From Acanthaster planci (taxonomy: Eukaryota): 64,000 nucleotides of DNA. The first letter of the stretch is position 1, and each line of letters starts with the position of its first letter. Below are positions 50,701-63,319 of this stretch, piece by piece. The position numbers and the translations under genes are program-made. The notes beneath the pieces are model-generated. The model ran no database searches. It was not told where the DNA came from and was given only the letters and a program-made list of their open reading frames with translations. The DNA lies in NCBI RefSeq assembly GCF_001949145.1, contig NW_019091360.1, forward strand, positions 3,887,816 to 3,951,815, in the 5' to 3' direction.

Positions 50701-53700
50701 CTTTGCACTTTCTAGTTCTTTTTTTTTTCTTTCTTTTGCAGAGTCAACATTTTTTATGAGTTGTTTTGAGATATTCAAAAATCCAAATTTTGTTGCACAC
50801 TTTCTCAGGACTTTGATAACTAACCCAAACCTTTAACTCCAGGTAGGGGAAAAAATGGCTTGCCAAGTGGATCTGCTCTCTTCATATTTCTAACTGGCCA
50901 TCAGACCGCTTGTAACCCTAACCAGAGCTGTACATAGAGAAAGTAGCACCAGCTTCAGATTACGGAAACAAAATGGCCGTTAGTATGTGTATAGTTGAGC
51001 ATGCGGCTATCGTATACCAACTGTCCTTGTTATACTACGGTCATAGATAGTGAATGTTTATTGGTCACAAATTGATCACATGATATGCTACAAGCGCACA
51101 TGTATCATTCACGCATCCAGCGAACTGGTGATGTTGCGGGCCGCAAGAAAGATGGATAATGGTGATCTTTCCCAGAGTTGATGTGTGGTATCTATGGCCT
51201 TGTAACTGTGTAATCTTGGTTACGAGGGTGGATAGCCGTGGTGGTACTACGCACTAATTATTTATATTGTATTTTATACTGTGTGAGGGACATTGAACCT
51301 CTATGTCTGTTCACAAGTGGTACTCGCTTCATTCTGACCATGACAGAGACCTGCGAGTTATTAAACTTCTGTTTGTGCACCCAGCTATGCTCATGGAACA
51401 TGAGTATGCTCTGATCACTGTGTCTGCTGCAATCGCCATTGCTGTTTGTATAAAAGGCTCATGCGGTTGTCTCTTCTCATCTGCTCTTCAAGCTTGTCAA
51501 TCTTGAAATTCAAGCAGTCAACAAAAATCCTGGTGCTCTATGAATCTCAGGTTTCTGTAGTAAACCAGTTTGGTATGAATCCTAGATTTCTCTCCCCCAA
51601 AACAAAAACATAGGTCAACAAAGGACACCACAATTAATAATTTTCCTTGTAATGTAATATCTAATTTGCTGTTCAAGTTTTTATTTTGTCAAAGTGTTTT
51701 AATTTATCTTGCAATAAAATATGCACATATTACATATAAGACCGTTCCAGTGTTATCTTTGACCATGGAATAACAAATCAATTGTTGTCTGCTGTGATGG
51801 GGTCCATGGGTTTTGTACACCCTTAGGGGCAAATGGCACCCTTGGCTTTGCCTCAAGTGCCCTTTGCCCCCTTGGGTGTGCAAATCACCATGGAGCCCTA
51901 CACTGCAGGCAACAAACACTGCTGGCGCTTAAAGTGACTCTGCCCCTAATTGGCGTGTTGTTTTTATTTACAGTGTATCGGGAGGTGAATTGTTTGAGAG
52001 AGTCATTGACGAAGAGTTTGACCTGACAGAAAAAGAAGTCACATTCTTCATGCGGCAAATTTGTGAAGGTGTCAAATTCATGCATGCTTCAAAGATTCTA
52101 CATCTGGACATGAAAGTAAGCGCATTGATGGCATTTCAATTTGGTTATCAGTTAAACTGAACTCTTGACAGATACTGCATTTTTAGAGTAAAAAGACAGC
52201 ACATACAAAAGTTGTTCTTCTTATGGTATCAAAACCATTTCATTTTAACTTTTTGGATTTAAATTTCTCATAGAAGTCATTCAGCTGTAAACTTTTACGT
52301 ATTTATTTGGAAAAGGGATTGCCACCTGTTATTGAAAAATTTAATTCTGTTTTATTTTCCCAACAGCCAGAAAACATCCTATGTGTACGGAAAAATAGCA
52401 ATAAAATCAAGATTATAGATTTTGGTCTTGCTCAGAAGATGACAAAGGGTTTGAAGGTGTCGTGTGGTACACCAGAGTTCTTAGCCCCAGAGGTTGTATC
52501 GTATGACGAGGTCTCCTTTACAACAGACATGTGGTCTGTAGGTGTTATCTGCTATGTCTTGTAAGTAAAACCACACCACCATCACCTTTTCACCATCAGC
52601 ACACTCGCCTTCACAGTCATCTGTCATAATCATTTATTGATCTGTCATTGTCACATTTCTAAAATCTTCTTCCCTGATCAGTTGTCACCCATTGCCAGTG
52701 TCATAACTGTCATCATGAGCTCCGTTATCATTGCCACCACAGATGTCATACAAGCACTTCACCGTTTTGACCCTCATACATACTAATAATCTCAATGGTC
52801 ACCATCACGATCACTAGCATCAGTGAATCACTTGTCTGATATAACCCTCACCACCATCACTTCATCCTCTCAGACAACCTGACCTCCATTCTCTTCCCAA
52901 AGGCATATCATCTTTCTGTCTCACATGTTGCTCATTTTTCCTCTCAGATTGAGTGGTTTGTCACCATTCATGGGCGACAATGAGGGTGAGACGATGAGTA
53001 ACATTCTCAAGGTGGAGTGGGATTTTGAGGATGAGTGCTTCGATGACATCTCAGACATGGCCAAGAATTTCATTGAGAACCTGCTCAAGGCAGACAAGGG
53101 GTGAACATATTAATCTTGATGTTGCTAACTTCCATTTGTAGTCAGTGTGTCTGTATTTGTGTTTGCTAGAAAGAACAGTTGATTTCAGAGAATCATGTCT
53201 CTTTGTGTGTAAAAGATAGGGCAAGAACCAGCACTTGAACCAATGCGTGCACACACTCTATTCGTTTGCACAACATATACTGGTTCAAATTGACGGCACA
53301 CTTCATTACTCTCTTGTCTTGATACTTGAGAAAGCTTTGCAAAAAAAGTATGTACACTGAATATCCAACTTCATAAAGCTTGGGCTAACTAGATGACAGC
53401 AATGCCATTGTCATATCTTGTGGAACTTCGTCTTTGTGAAGCCTCTTACCTGAAAAATACCTTCTTAAGAAATGCTTTTTTTGGAGGGAACCCTCAACTT
53501 TTTTTCCAGAACTGATGGTCGTTCTCGACATTTGCTTTCAGATTTCTTCCTTGAAGAAGTGGTGATTGTAACAGTTAATTGATTTGGAGTGCACATAGTT
53601 TTTCGCTGCTTTTGCTGTTTGCTATAACTAGAATTACTGAAAAGTCTCTGCAACTATCTGTATGTTTGTCTGTTTGCCATTAGGGAGAGAATGACTGCAG

Positions 53701-54399
53701 AGCAGTGTCTGAACAATGACTGGCTAAAAAAAGAGATAAAGAGCACACAATCCTTGTCCAAGGCTCGTATCAAGAAATATGTCATCAAGAGAAGGTGGCA
53801 GGTAGGTGTAAGACCAGGAGCAAATTGATGGAATGGATAAACGATTAGTCTCTCACCGCTGTCTGACACTGAACATGATCAATTCCAGTTTAGGAGTAAT
53901 TTTGCATGAATCGTACTAAAGCTAAATCGGAGAAAACCTAATAAATCATAACTTAAGCACAGAGTACAAATTTACTCCTCATCACAATTTAAAATTGATG
54001 CATAAAGTCAAACAAATGTTTAACTAAAGCTAAGCTAAGTTTGTGTCTTGGATACCAGTGACGGTTATTCAAAGCTTGAGACTCTTTGTTTCATGAAAAA
54101 GCGTGTACTTATCTCCAATGATGTAAACATTGTTGGAAAGTTGTTTTTTGATTAGCGAGCAAATCCTTACACACTTGTTGGGATGGAAATCCAGCCTGTG
54201 ACCTCCGTTTTGCTAGTTACAGACGTCTGAAGTTATGAAGCACTTACATGTAACTTGCTTATTTTTGTTTTTAAGTAACTAAAGATGCAGTCACCTCACA
54301 AACAAGAAGTAACAATTCAGATCTTGTTTCCTTTTCTCTGCATTTCAGAAAGCCATTAATGCCGTCCGAGCCATGATACGTGTCAAGGGCATTCTATAA
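47727..54399 (+). CDS. MYLK: Whole spliced model: short myosin light chain kinase (FN3, acidic linker, kinase, CaM-binding helix), 11 coding exons, 430 aa
   Basis: Exons sum to 1293 nt in frame. All catalytic motifs intact (GKGKFG, AAK, HLDMKPEN, DFG, GTPEFLAPE, LSGLSPFMG), closely resembling smooth-muscle MLCK. The symbol denotes family resemblance, not proven orthology. Confidence 0.9.
48485..48784 (+). CDS. Kinase unit: FN3 domain exon
   Basis: Encodes APEPPANKP...LVWPGTTYDGGSIVTGYVVE...YKFRVSCVNAVGTSKPS. tctcag / GCAG|gtagag. Confidence 0.95.
49366..49401 (+). CDS. Kinase unit: 36-nt acidic micro-exon
   Basis: ttaaag / CCAG|gtttgt. Encodes GVEDDIDEEDEP; phase 1-1. Confidence 0.8.
49778..49862 (+). 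CDS. Kinase unit: N-terminal linker to subdomain I
   Basis: Encodes DEAAFEQRKVKVRKENVRDFYEIREELGK. cttcag / AA|gtaagt. Confidence 0.92.
50049..50148 (+). CDS. Kinase subdomains I-II
   Basis: Encodes GKFGTVNKCVEKKTKKILAAKFIK. tctcag / GAG|gtcagc. Confidence 0.95.
50505..50608 (+). CDS. Kinase subdomains III-V
   Basis: Encodes VEHEIEIMMILQHPKLLQLYDAF...MILEY. caacag / TA|gtaagt. Confidence 0.95.
51974..52115 (+). CDS. Kinase subdomains V-VIb
   Basis: Encodes VSGGELFERVIDEEFDLTE...ILHLDMK. ttacag / AAA|gtaagc. Confidence 0.95.
52367..52560 (+). CDS. Kinase subdomains VIb-IX
   Basis: Encodes PENILCV...IKIIDFGLA...GTPEFLAPEVV...DMWSVGVICYVL. caacag / TT|gtaagt. Confidence 0.96.
52570..52870. 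repeat. Degenerate (CAT/CAC)n low-complexity intronic tract
   Basis: Recurrent accatc/gtcatc units. Confidence 0.6.
52948..53100 (+). CDS. Kinase subdomains IX-XI
   Basis: Encodes LSGLSPFMGDNEGETMSNILKVEWDFEDECFDDISDMAKNFIENLL. tctcag / GG|gtgaac. Confidence 0.95.
53684..53801 (+). CDS. Kinase end plus autoinhibitory segment
   Basis: Encodes ERMTAEQCLNNDWL...LSKARIKKYVIKRRWQ. cattag / CAG|gtaggt. Confidence 0.95.
54349..54399 (+). CDS. Last coding exon: calmodulin-binding helix and stop
   Basis: tttcag acceptor. KAINAVRAMIRVKGIL* completes KRRWQKAINAVRAMIRV, similar to the smooth-muscle MLCK CaM-binding peptide RRKWQKTGHAVRAIGRL. Confidence 0.93.
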   Translation, partial: KAINAVRAMIRVKGIL

Positions 54400-57300
54400 G
54401 CACTAGACTGGTGCAGTCCTTTGCTTTGTTTCATCCAAGCTGCATTTTCTTCCCGAAGCTCAGCTGCCACTCTGCAACCATTCTTTGCCCTGCAGTTGTC
54501 ATGGCAACTGTTGTCACAGCAACTGCAGCACGGCATTGTGGGGCCTTTCATCCTAGATGTTTGGCGTCCCTATCTTTGGACATATTGCAGAGGTAAACAA
54601 ACAAAGTCTACATGAAGTTCATGGACACATCATAATGGACACCTTTTTGTCCTTTTTCTCATTTTTTTCGTGATTTCAGCTTAAGCAGGAATGCATTAAT
54701 ATGCACAATTGAAACACATCAACTACCCAGCAGATGTGAATAATGAAAAACTTTTTTCAAAATATTCAGTGAAATAAACTTTCACGAAGTATTTGCGGAA
54801 AGTTTACCCTCAAAAAGGTTTCAAGAATATGTTGAAGAACTTGGAAAAGAGTGGTATTTACTTCTGCCTAATAATTACTGGGGAAAGTTATTGAAAAAAA
54901 TGATCTCCATTGACAGAGATTTCATTGAACAATGAATTAATTTCCTTTCCAAGTTAAATGAAGAGTTTTTGCTTTTTGAACTTTACTGTGATCAGCTTGG
55001 ATATGGGATTGATTGTTTTAGAGGAGAAATCCTTTACACTTGTACAAAAACTGTGAAAGATTTTTAAACACTTGTAAAATGTCCAATATTTTGTCATTCT
55101 TTGTAGATTTGTAGAGCTGTAAAAAAAATCTATTTCAAAAAATCTCATTTAAAAAATGTATAAAAAAAGTTACAAACAGAAACCCAAAAAAAAAAAAAAA
55201 TAGTCATGGTTGGTATTCGGTGCACTTTAAATACAAGGCAATTGTGTTTAAACACCAGACTTGGATATTGTGGAGAAGGCAGGATTTGTACCCAGTTATT
55301 CACAAAGAGGTTGTTTTAAAGCTGATGTTTCTCCAGATGCCAAGAACAAACACTCATCACTTTGGTACTGTTCAACGCACAGCTGGAAAGACATTCTGCA
55401 GTTTTGGAGTTGAATTTTGCAGGAACCCAACCCATGTCAGTGCCTTTCAAATTGCACAGTCGGGATTAGGTGGTTTCACATTAGTGGAAAAAGTGTGTGA
55501 AACTGGGCCTTGGAAATTGGTAAGACACTGGGAATGAAGTTAATCACAGTGGTAGATAATCTCAACAAGATTGACGTGTAATACCATTTTTTTTTGTTAT
55601 GGTGCTAACACGATATGTCCAGCTTTCTAAATCCACATTCATGTTCATCTAGGCACTATAGATGCAACATGATTTTTTTAAATATAACCCTGAACAGAGA
55701 CTGCTTATCGATTCCCTTTCAGTTTTTGTTCAACTCATCATAGCCTCTTGGATTTGATTTCATTAACAACAGCATTGTTTGCAACAGCATTTCCGTAATA
55801 GCGTTGTACCTCTGGTGTGATCAGAAGAAAAATACTAGGGTCATCACATAACATGTAATTACAGCTTATGGTGTGAACTACACAGAAGATAGATACCAAG
55901 CAAAGACTTTCAGCAAGTGTGCCATGCATTCTGTGTTTACCATTTCTTCAGCACGATGCTAACGATAGTCGTATAGTACATTCAGTACTCCTTGAAAAAA
56001 AAGAAGTTATTAGCAATTCCATCATGTTTGGATTCATACTAGATACTTTGTAATTACCAGCCATTGTGTAGTTGTAGCCTGCAATATTTAACTTGATGTG
56101 TTTCATCAATCTGAATTGACATTTCTCTGTTATCCAATGGATCAGAAGTTAACTATCGCAAAGACACATTGGCAGAATTGTTTACTTTATTTAATTTTTA
56201 ATCTGAACTCTCAGTGTTTCAGTCATTCCTGAGATTAACAAAGAACCACTATGATTCAACCATCAAACTGATCATTAAGTGTCAGAATTATGAGAATATT
56301 ATTTTAATGCAAAGAAGAAGGTTGAAGATAAAAAAATTATGTGACCATTAGTATTCATCGTAATTAGAAATTGTGGTGGTTGCAATTTCCATTTTGCTTG
56401 TTTTCCATTTAACATTTAGTCATATCTTATTGGTTGAGAAGGCTGAGCGACAATTAATTAATTGTATAGCAGGTCTTTATATGAGTCAGTTTGCCGCTTA
56501 AAGTAACAGGAAAATTGAGAGAAACACCAGTTAATTCTCAACAGTCTGAAACAACTGAAGGTAAGGCACAATTTTCAATGAATCGGGAGAGGAATGCTGT
56601 CATCAAATGTAGAAGTAACTGGAGGTGGTATTTGTGGTGGTGTGAAGCTGGACAGATTGAGGAAAAGATTTTCTCGTGGAGAAATTTGGAAGATTGGTCT
56701 TTGAAGTTCATCTTAATCAGCAGTATTGAAAAATTAGACTTTCATGGCGTTTGGATTAAGTTGTCATTAATATAAGAATGTTGTGAGTAAGAAACATGGA
56801 ATCTGAAACATCTGTGAAAACATTTGGTGTATTTTTGTTTATGTTTTATTTGTGGTATTACTGCTAGAAAATTACTCGTCCTATTCTTTCAAACTTTCTG
56901 TTCATCAGTAGCGTTTTCATGAAATTGAATTACTATGAGGTGTATTTACCAAAGGAAATTGTTTGTTACTTGACGATTTCATAGTTTTAAGTGTTCATTT
57001 TATAATTCAGGTTTAATTTGGCAAGGTAGTAGTGACTGTGTGAACCTGTTATTTATATGTATAGATGTACTTCTGAGTTAATACAGCTGTTTTTGTTCGG
57101 TTGACAATTTTCATGTGTAAAACGTGTACGAGTGGTGTTTCTTTTCCTTTTTAAAGTTCAGGGTGAGATGTAATTTTATACGTGGTCCGATAAAGATCGT
57201 TTGTGTTCATATTCAGCAGCGAAAAAAATTCTGGCCAACTTGTATGTCCATTTTCCATCGACCGTCGTTTCATTGCACCATTTTCCCAAATTGCTCCGAA

Positions 57301-60300
57301 TTCGTGTGTCTGATAAAGACTGTATGGTATCAGATTTGCAATATTTGATTTTACAACGTTCCTCTTCCCTTAATTTTCATGACTTGCTCCTGTGCACTTG
57401 TTCATCTTTTCATTTCTCCCGTCTATCTTATCTGTCACGTTCTCTACTGCTAATTCTTCCCAAGGTCACCTGTGACCTCACTTCCGTTTCACTCCGTCTG
57501 TCTTCCATAACGTAACATGTTGTAATTGCTGTCATTGTTTTTGAGCCTCATATGACTCACTTTTACTATCGTTTCAGTGGTATACACAAATATTGTAGTG
57601 TTTGGTATTTTCTCGTCAATCAGCGAGTCAATGAGTCTGTCACTCCGTCAATCTTTCTGTATGTAATATATTTACATTTACTTATAAATATGGATATAAA
57701 TATATATCCCGGTTGATGATGCCTGCAGTTATGTCGTAGAGTTAGGACCGATCTTATTGCTGTTAACATTTATTGGAATCAAAAGCAGTTTGATGTTTCT
57801 GTGTTGCTTCCAAGCAAACAGTTCAGGACCAGTGTTCTTGCCAGTGTGTCGTTCATGCTGACGCTGCCCGCTGATTGGTCAAAACCAAACTGTATAAATT
57901 TTCTACACTGTACAAAGTTTCTATACCTCTTTATTCGCGCGTGGACGTGACACCCCTTTTACAACCTCTTTCCCACTTTGGCTTTATTCAAAAGCACTTT
58001 GAAGTTCATAACGCTGATACTGGGGAAGAAATTACCTACTGTAATAACTGCTTTGTTCGTAGACTATCCCCAGCCAGGCGGTTTTACCCACTCCAAACTT
58101 CAATGGAATAGCCAGAGCGCGTTCAGCCAGTAATCCTCTAAACGACCAATCGACAGCCACAAAAGTGTCTGATTTGCGTAATGTTTGACGCGCTAGAGCG
58201 TTCCACTTCAACTTCAGGGGTGTGTTTGAAGGGTGGGCAGCGTTGTGTGTCGACATTGTACTGAAGAATATTGTACTATATAGGACAAATTATCGATTTT
58301 GTTTTATTTCTGCTTTTCCAATATCCATCGTTGTTTGTTGTTCATCAGCTTTTAATTATTAGACAGGAAATGGAGTGGGTTTTCTTAGCAGTAACAGATT
58401 TAAAACTTTTAAATCACTGGTGATGTTTTCAATATTGTTATATTCAAAATGAAATGTAGAACCTTACTCATACCACGTGGTGTTATTTGACATCATTACC
58501 CCTTTGTTCTCTAGACAGTGATATTCAATTAATATAGGAAAGATCGTGTGTTACATTTTGACGCATTGTGGACGGAATAAAGAGTAATTTTCCAAACCTG
58601 AGAGGTAGCTATCGTTTCGTTAATGATACTGTTCTGCCATTGATGAGTTTTAGTTAATGTTAATATTACATTTCAACTCGATCAACTTAAAGGTGACACA
58701 TTGTATATCGAGACAATCGCCGTCGATTGGTGCATGCACAGCGCAATGCCAACTGAATGGAGAGGGCTTATTAATGTAAAATGCACGCAGCAGTAATCCA
58801 GTTCCTGCTCCGACTTTTTCTGTCTTGTGGACCACGGATGGACCATAGTCAGCTGAAATTTCGGGTTTCTTTTCATAAATTGTTTCTATTTCTTTCATAC
58901 ATTCTAAGTTGTGTGGCTTTTCCAAGGACCCCCTCTCAGTCATGTGTCGGGGGAAAAACGAGCCAACAAACCAATAGACATAACGAAGGAGAGGCTTACC
59001 CCATGGGGGGTGATAAACCAACTTTTAACTTCATTTAAGAGACCTCAAAGAATAACACCATCCTTGCATTGCTACTAATTGAAAACTATTGATGGAGTGA
59101 GTAACTCCACAATTCTCCGAATTGTGCAATCACAATAGGTTTGACTCTGAATATGGCTTCACTCAGTTGTTTTTGTCATCTTTCCATTAGCTTCACGGTT
59201 GGACATCATCGGTAAGGCCACATCTCTGCAAACACACCGATATGACAGGAGAAACAAGAACTGTTTCCTGAAAAAATATTGGTTTAATTGGTCATCTGTT
59301 CTTGGGAAACATACTGTCATCAATCGACTGCCAACATGGCAGATGGGCGGGAAAGCCGAGACAAAAACTACAGGAATTAAAAGAAAATTTCTTGATCTTG
59401 GTGCACATTTTTTTCTCTTTTTTTGAGGGGGGAGGGCTGTTGTTGACAAATTATGTAAATATTGCTATTTTTCAAGTTTATTGCCTGTTTCAACGTGTCG
59501 TTAGGCTAAGCCGTTAAGCCGTTTCCACGTTAGGGGATAAATTAGTGGCGCGTGCATTAACAACACAATTTGTTGCTATTTTTAGCTGTACAGCACGTGA
59601 TTACTCCAGCTGTATATGCGCGTGAGTGATGCATCATACATGTACATGTACATGACAGGCCAAAATGGAAACCGTGACGTGACTCATTAATTTTGGCCTG
59701 CAAACTTTGTTTTGCATGTAATTTGATAGTTAGTCTAGCAGTATCTGGACATATAAAGGCTAGTGTCTCCGAGGAACTCACAATTGTTGAAAAGGAAACC
59801 GAGTGTCGGGACAAGTTCGAAAAGAAATTCAGCACCGGACTGGAAGGAACTTGTCGTAAACTTGAAGCAACTACAAGTAGGCCCCCTATACCGCATGTGC
59901 GTGCCGTTGTCAGCAGTGGAGACTGTACATGTAGTGTACTGCTGCAAGTGGTTGCCTTGGACAGAATTTCCTTTACGAAGACAAAACTCGAAGAAGTCAG
60001 TTCACAGGTTAGCCCTTTATTTTTTTCGTATCTCCAATACGTAGAGCTGCTTGTTTGGTACTTTTTTGTCGTGTTTCAAATAGTTTGGATTCTAAACTCA
60101 CGTTGGAAATGAACTTTTGTCCTACACATTGAAAACGATAGCCTCAAAGCCAGTGCATTGGGATGACTTTAATTCTGTAAGGCTAGGACAAGAAGCCGCA
60201 AGAGCTGAAGTGGTCACATTTGTGGCCCATTTTACAAGGAATACGAACGCTCAAAGAGGTAGGAAATTGTTTCTGACATTTTGATGAAGACTGCAGATTG

Positions 60301-60508
60301 TCAAAAATGTTAACATTCCAGCTAGAACAGGACGGTCAACTCGTTCATTACAGCATTGGTCAGTTTGACTTTTAATGGACTAATAGTAATAAGTAATATC
60401 GATACTTATCAACTGACCTAGCAAAGTGGACTAACTTGCCCAGGACAGGAGCTGATTACATGTATGTTTTAGGGCAACGATTCGAAATGCTAATTTGTCG
60501 AAAATAAA

Positions 60509-60521
60509 NNNNNNNNNNNNN
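60509..60521. other. Small assembly gap
   Basis: Run of n. Confidence 1.
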
Positions 60522-63319
60522 GGGAGATAGGAAAAAAGATTTGAATGCTGACAAGTATATATGTACAAATTTTGTCATTGGCATCAAAACGATATTCTTT
60601 CACAGAGAATCTTCTTCCAATGTACAATGAAGTGTTCATGATTTTAAGTCCTTTTTTCCTAAAAGTTGTTGGTAGTAAATGTGTGAAATTAACTAACTCT
60701 CCAAAGGAAACAGTTATAATGTAAGCTCTGTACATGTATACAGTTTATGTATACACACTCTCTAAAAAGAGAAATTTATGTGTCTGGAGAAAATTCAAGC
60801 CGGATAAGATGCTATCAATCAACTGCAGGATGAGATTATCCTCAAGTGTTGCACCGTTACAAGAAATGCTGGTTGAACTGTTTAGATAACCCAACATATT
60901 TTCGAGATCATTTTATAGCATAGACCTGCAGATACAATTGATAGGCCAGTTTCTACTTGTTTTAGCTGCATTTGAAATTCTTTATTCAACTGTGATGGTG
61001 CATTTTTGGTATGGCCTCTGGATGCTTTGAAAACGTTACGTACGTTTAGTGCTTTGATGTAGTCTCTATATTCTTGTAGCTTCTCTGGCACAAAGGTTTT
61101 GACAGTTGGGTTTTTTTTCAAAAAATAAAAAAACATTTAAATAAGCTCCTGATGGAAAATGTCATTTTGACTGGGAAGCTACCATAACTACAGCTTACAT
61201 TTCTAATGATATTGCCACATTTGTTATGGTACGCACTTATAATCGGATGGAATAAATCACCGACTTTTAATAGTAAGCTTCATTTGTAATCACTTGGAAG
61301 GTTGATGTTACCAAAACCATCCTGAGCATACCGGTACCTTTGCTGCAAGGATGTAGATCCTTGCATTCCTTCACTGAAAATATTTGATAAAATGAAAGAA
61401 AAATGTAAAAATTTAGTAGTCACGGATATGTAAAATTAAAGATCTAAGTTTATGTAATCAAAAGTAAACATGACCACATTATTGTTTTCCAGATGCTTTT
61501 GGATGATTGTAGGTGCCTGTACCAGTTTGAACTATTAATCCCTGTGCATGTAATAACAAAATAATGTTAGGAAGAGGACTGACTAGATTTATGCCTACAT
61601 GTACATCTCAACCCTTGTTTGTACTGAAGTATCAATGGCTTGGCTGTGCATTCCATTTTTATGACAATACTGGGATATTCAGACATACCGTAGCCTATAT
61701 GAGTAGTAAGGAATGAAACAATGCTTTTCCATGAGAAGAAATCCTTTTTTGTCATAACTTTAAATCCTGTCACTTCAAATGGCATTCTTGTGGTTTAAAC
61801 AGGAAGTGTCCAGAATTCTTTTTATACCAAGTGCTGTTTTCTAATGGACCCTGTAAATTGTTGGCATTGTTTAGTAAGATGAATGATCTACTGCTACCCG
61901 GTATTTGGTTTTGGTATCAAGTGTTGGCTACACTGTGATGCTAATGTGCCAGTCTTGGCTGAGGGCAGAGATGTTAAAGGAACACTCTCAAATCACGGGT
62001 CCTTGCCCAATGGAAACACGAGTCCATAAAAATCTCCATGGCAGTACTTTCAATTGATGTTTTCGGTTTTTGGAACCCATTTTCTTAACTTTCAGTGTGA
62101 CTACTTCTGAGATCTTCTCGATTATGTATTTCTGGCAAAATGTCTATTATTCAAAAAGCAACAAGCAGGAGTTGTTAGGTTTGATCACAGTTTGGGTTAA
62201 ATTTTCAAAAATTTACATTACATAATCTGTGTCATTTAAGCAAATGGAACCACATAAAGGAAAGTCAATGTACTTCATTCTTTTTCCTGTTATTGTTAAG
62301 TTGCCTCGTTTTGGAAGTTCATTTGTACATGTAGGTCAATCAAAGTCACTGTAAGAAATTGCTCGTATCATGACAACCATATGCCAGCTCATCATAATGC
62401 ATTCTGTTCTTAAAATGTTATTACCACTACTCCATGCAAAGTCATCATCCATGTACTTAGATCAGCTTACTTCTAGCGCTTAGGGTTTGCATGGCTGCCA
62501 TCTTGCAGGCCAAAGCTTTTATTTCACTTGGTATGCACAAAGGAGGTTTCCTGTGGAACAAAAGAACTGCCCTGCAAGATGGCCACCATGTAAAGCCTGT
62601 GTAGAATTTATGCATGACTGCCATCTTTCCGGTCAATGCTATTGAGGGCGCTGTTGAGCGGCTGCTTTTGTTAGTTACATAAGAGATGCCTTGCAACAAT
62701 ACACTGTTCTCAATGGATAAGGAAGGCTTAAAAGAACCAGTCCACAAAAAAAGCTTGCCCGAATCACGAGGTACAGCAACAGTGTCTTTAGTCTGGGGAA
62801 TTCAAATCGTTATGGTTTATGTGCAATCAGATAACTCAGTGTACCAGATTTATTCAAATTTAACTCGCAAAAGGCTTAAATTGCAGTCTTCTTTGGCCCC
62901 TCACGGCCAGTAGTTACCAAAATTGCCCCATGGCAGCAGAGTGACAGTCAGCTTTACATGTATACTGATTTTGGAGTAGCTTGCCTGAGTTATACACAAA
63001 CTGAACTACTGACACTTTTGAGGGGCATGCTTTATCTACTATTGATAAGAACTTCATGAGGTCTCTTGGAATTACTAAGCGTTGGCGAGCATGTTAAAGT
63101 GGCAGATGTAGACGTCTTCTTGAGACCTCCCTCCCATATCACAAGCTGTCTGTTATTCCAGCTTTTTACAGGCTTCCAGTACTGGTTACCGCAAGAAAGG
63201 TTTCTCACCCTTTTACTGGAAATGGTCAGCAATTAGCTATTGGGACTTTTAACACCAATCGTTCATGTTCCTCGCCATCCATTTTTTTCAAACTGTGGAG
63301 GGGATCACACTGTGAGACT

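Noticed and set aside
50905..51235. Possible MITE with weak inverted ends
   Set aside because: Terminal similarity is too weak and no TSD is visible.
51790..51906. GC-rich segment with degenerate inverted ends
   Set aside because: Probably an old MITE remnant, but there are too many mismatches to support a call.
59693..60112. 139-aa ORF
   Set aside because: Non-ATG start, no recognisable domain, and it runs through a donor-like site.
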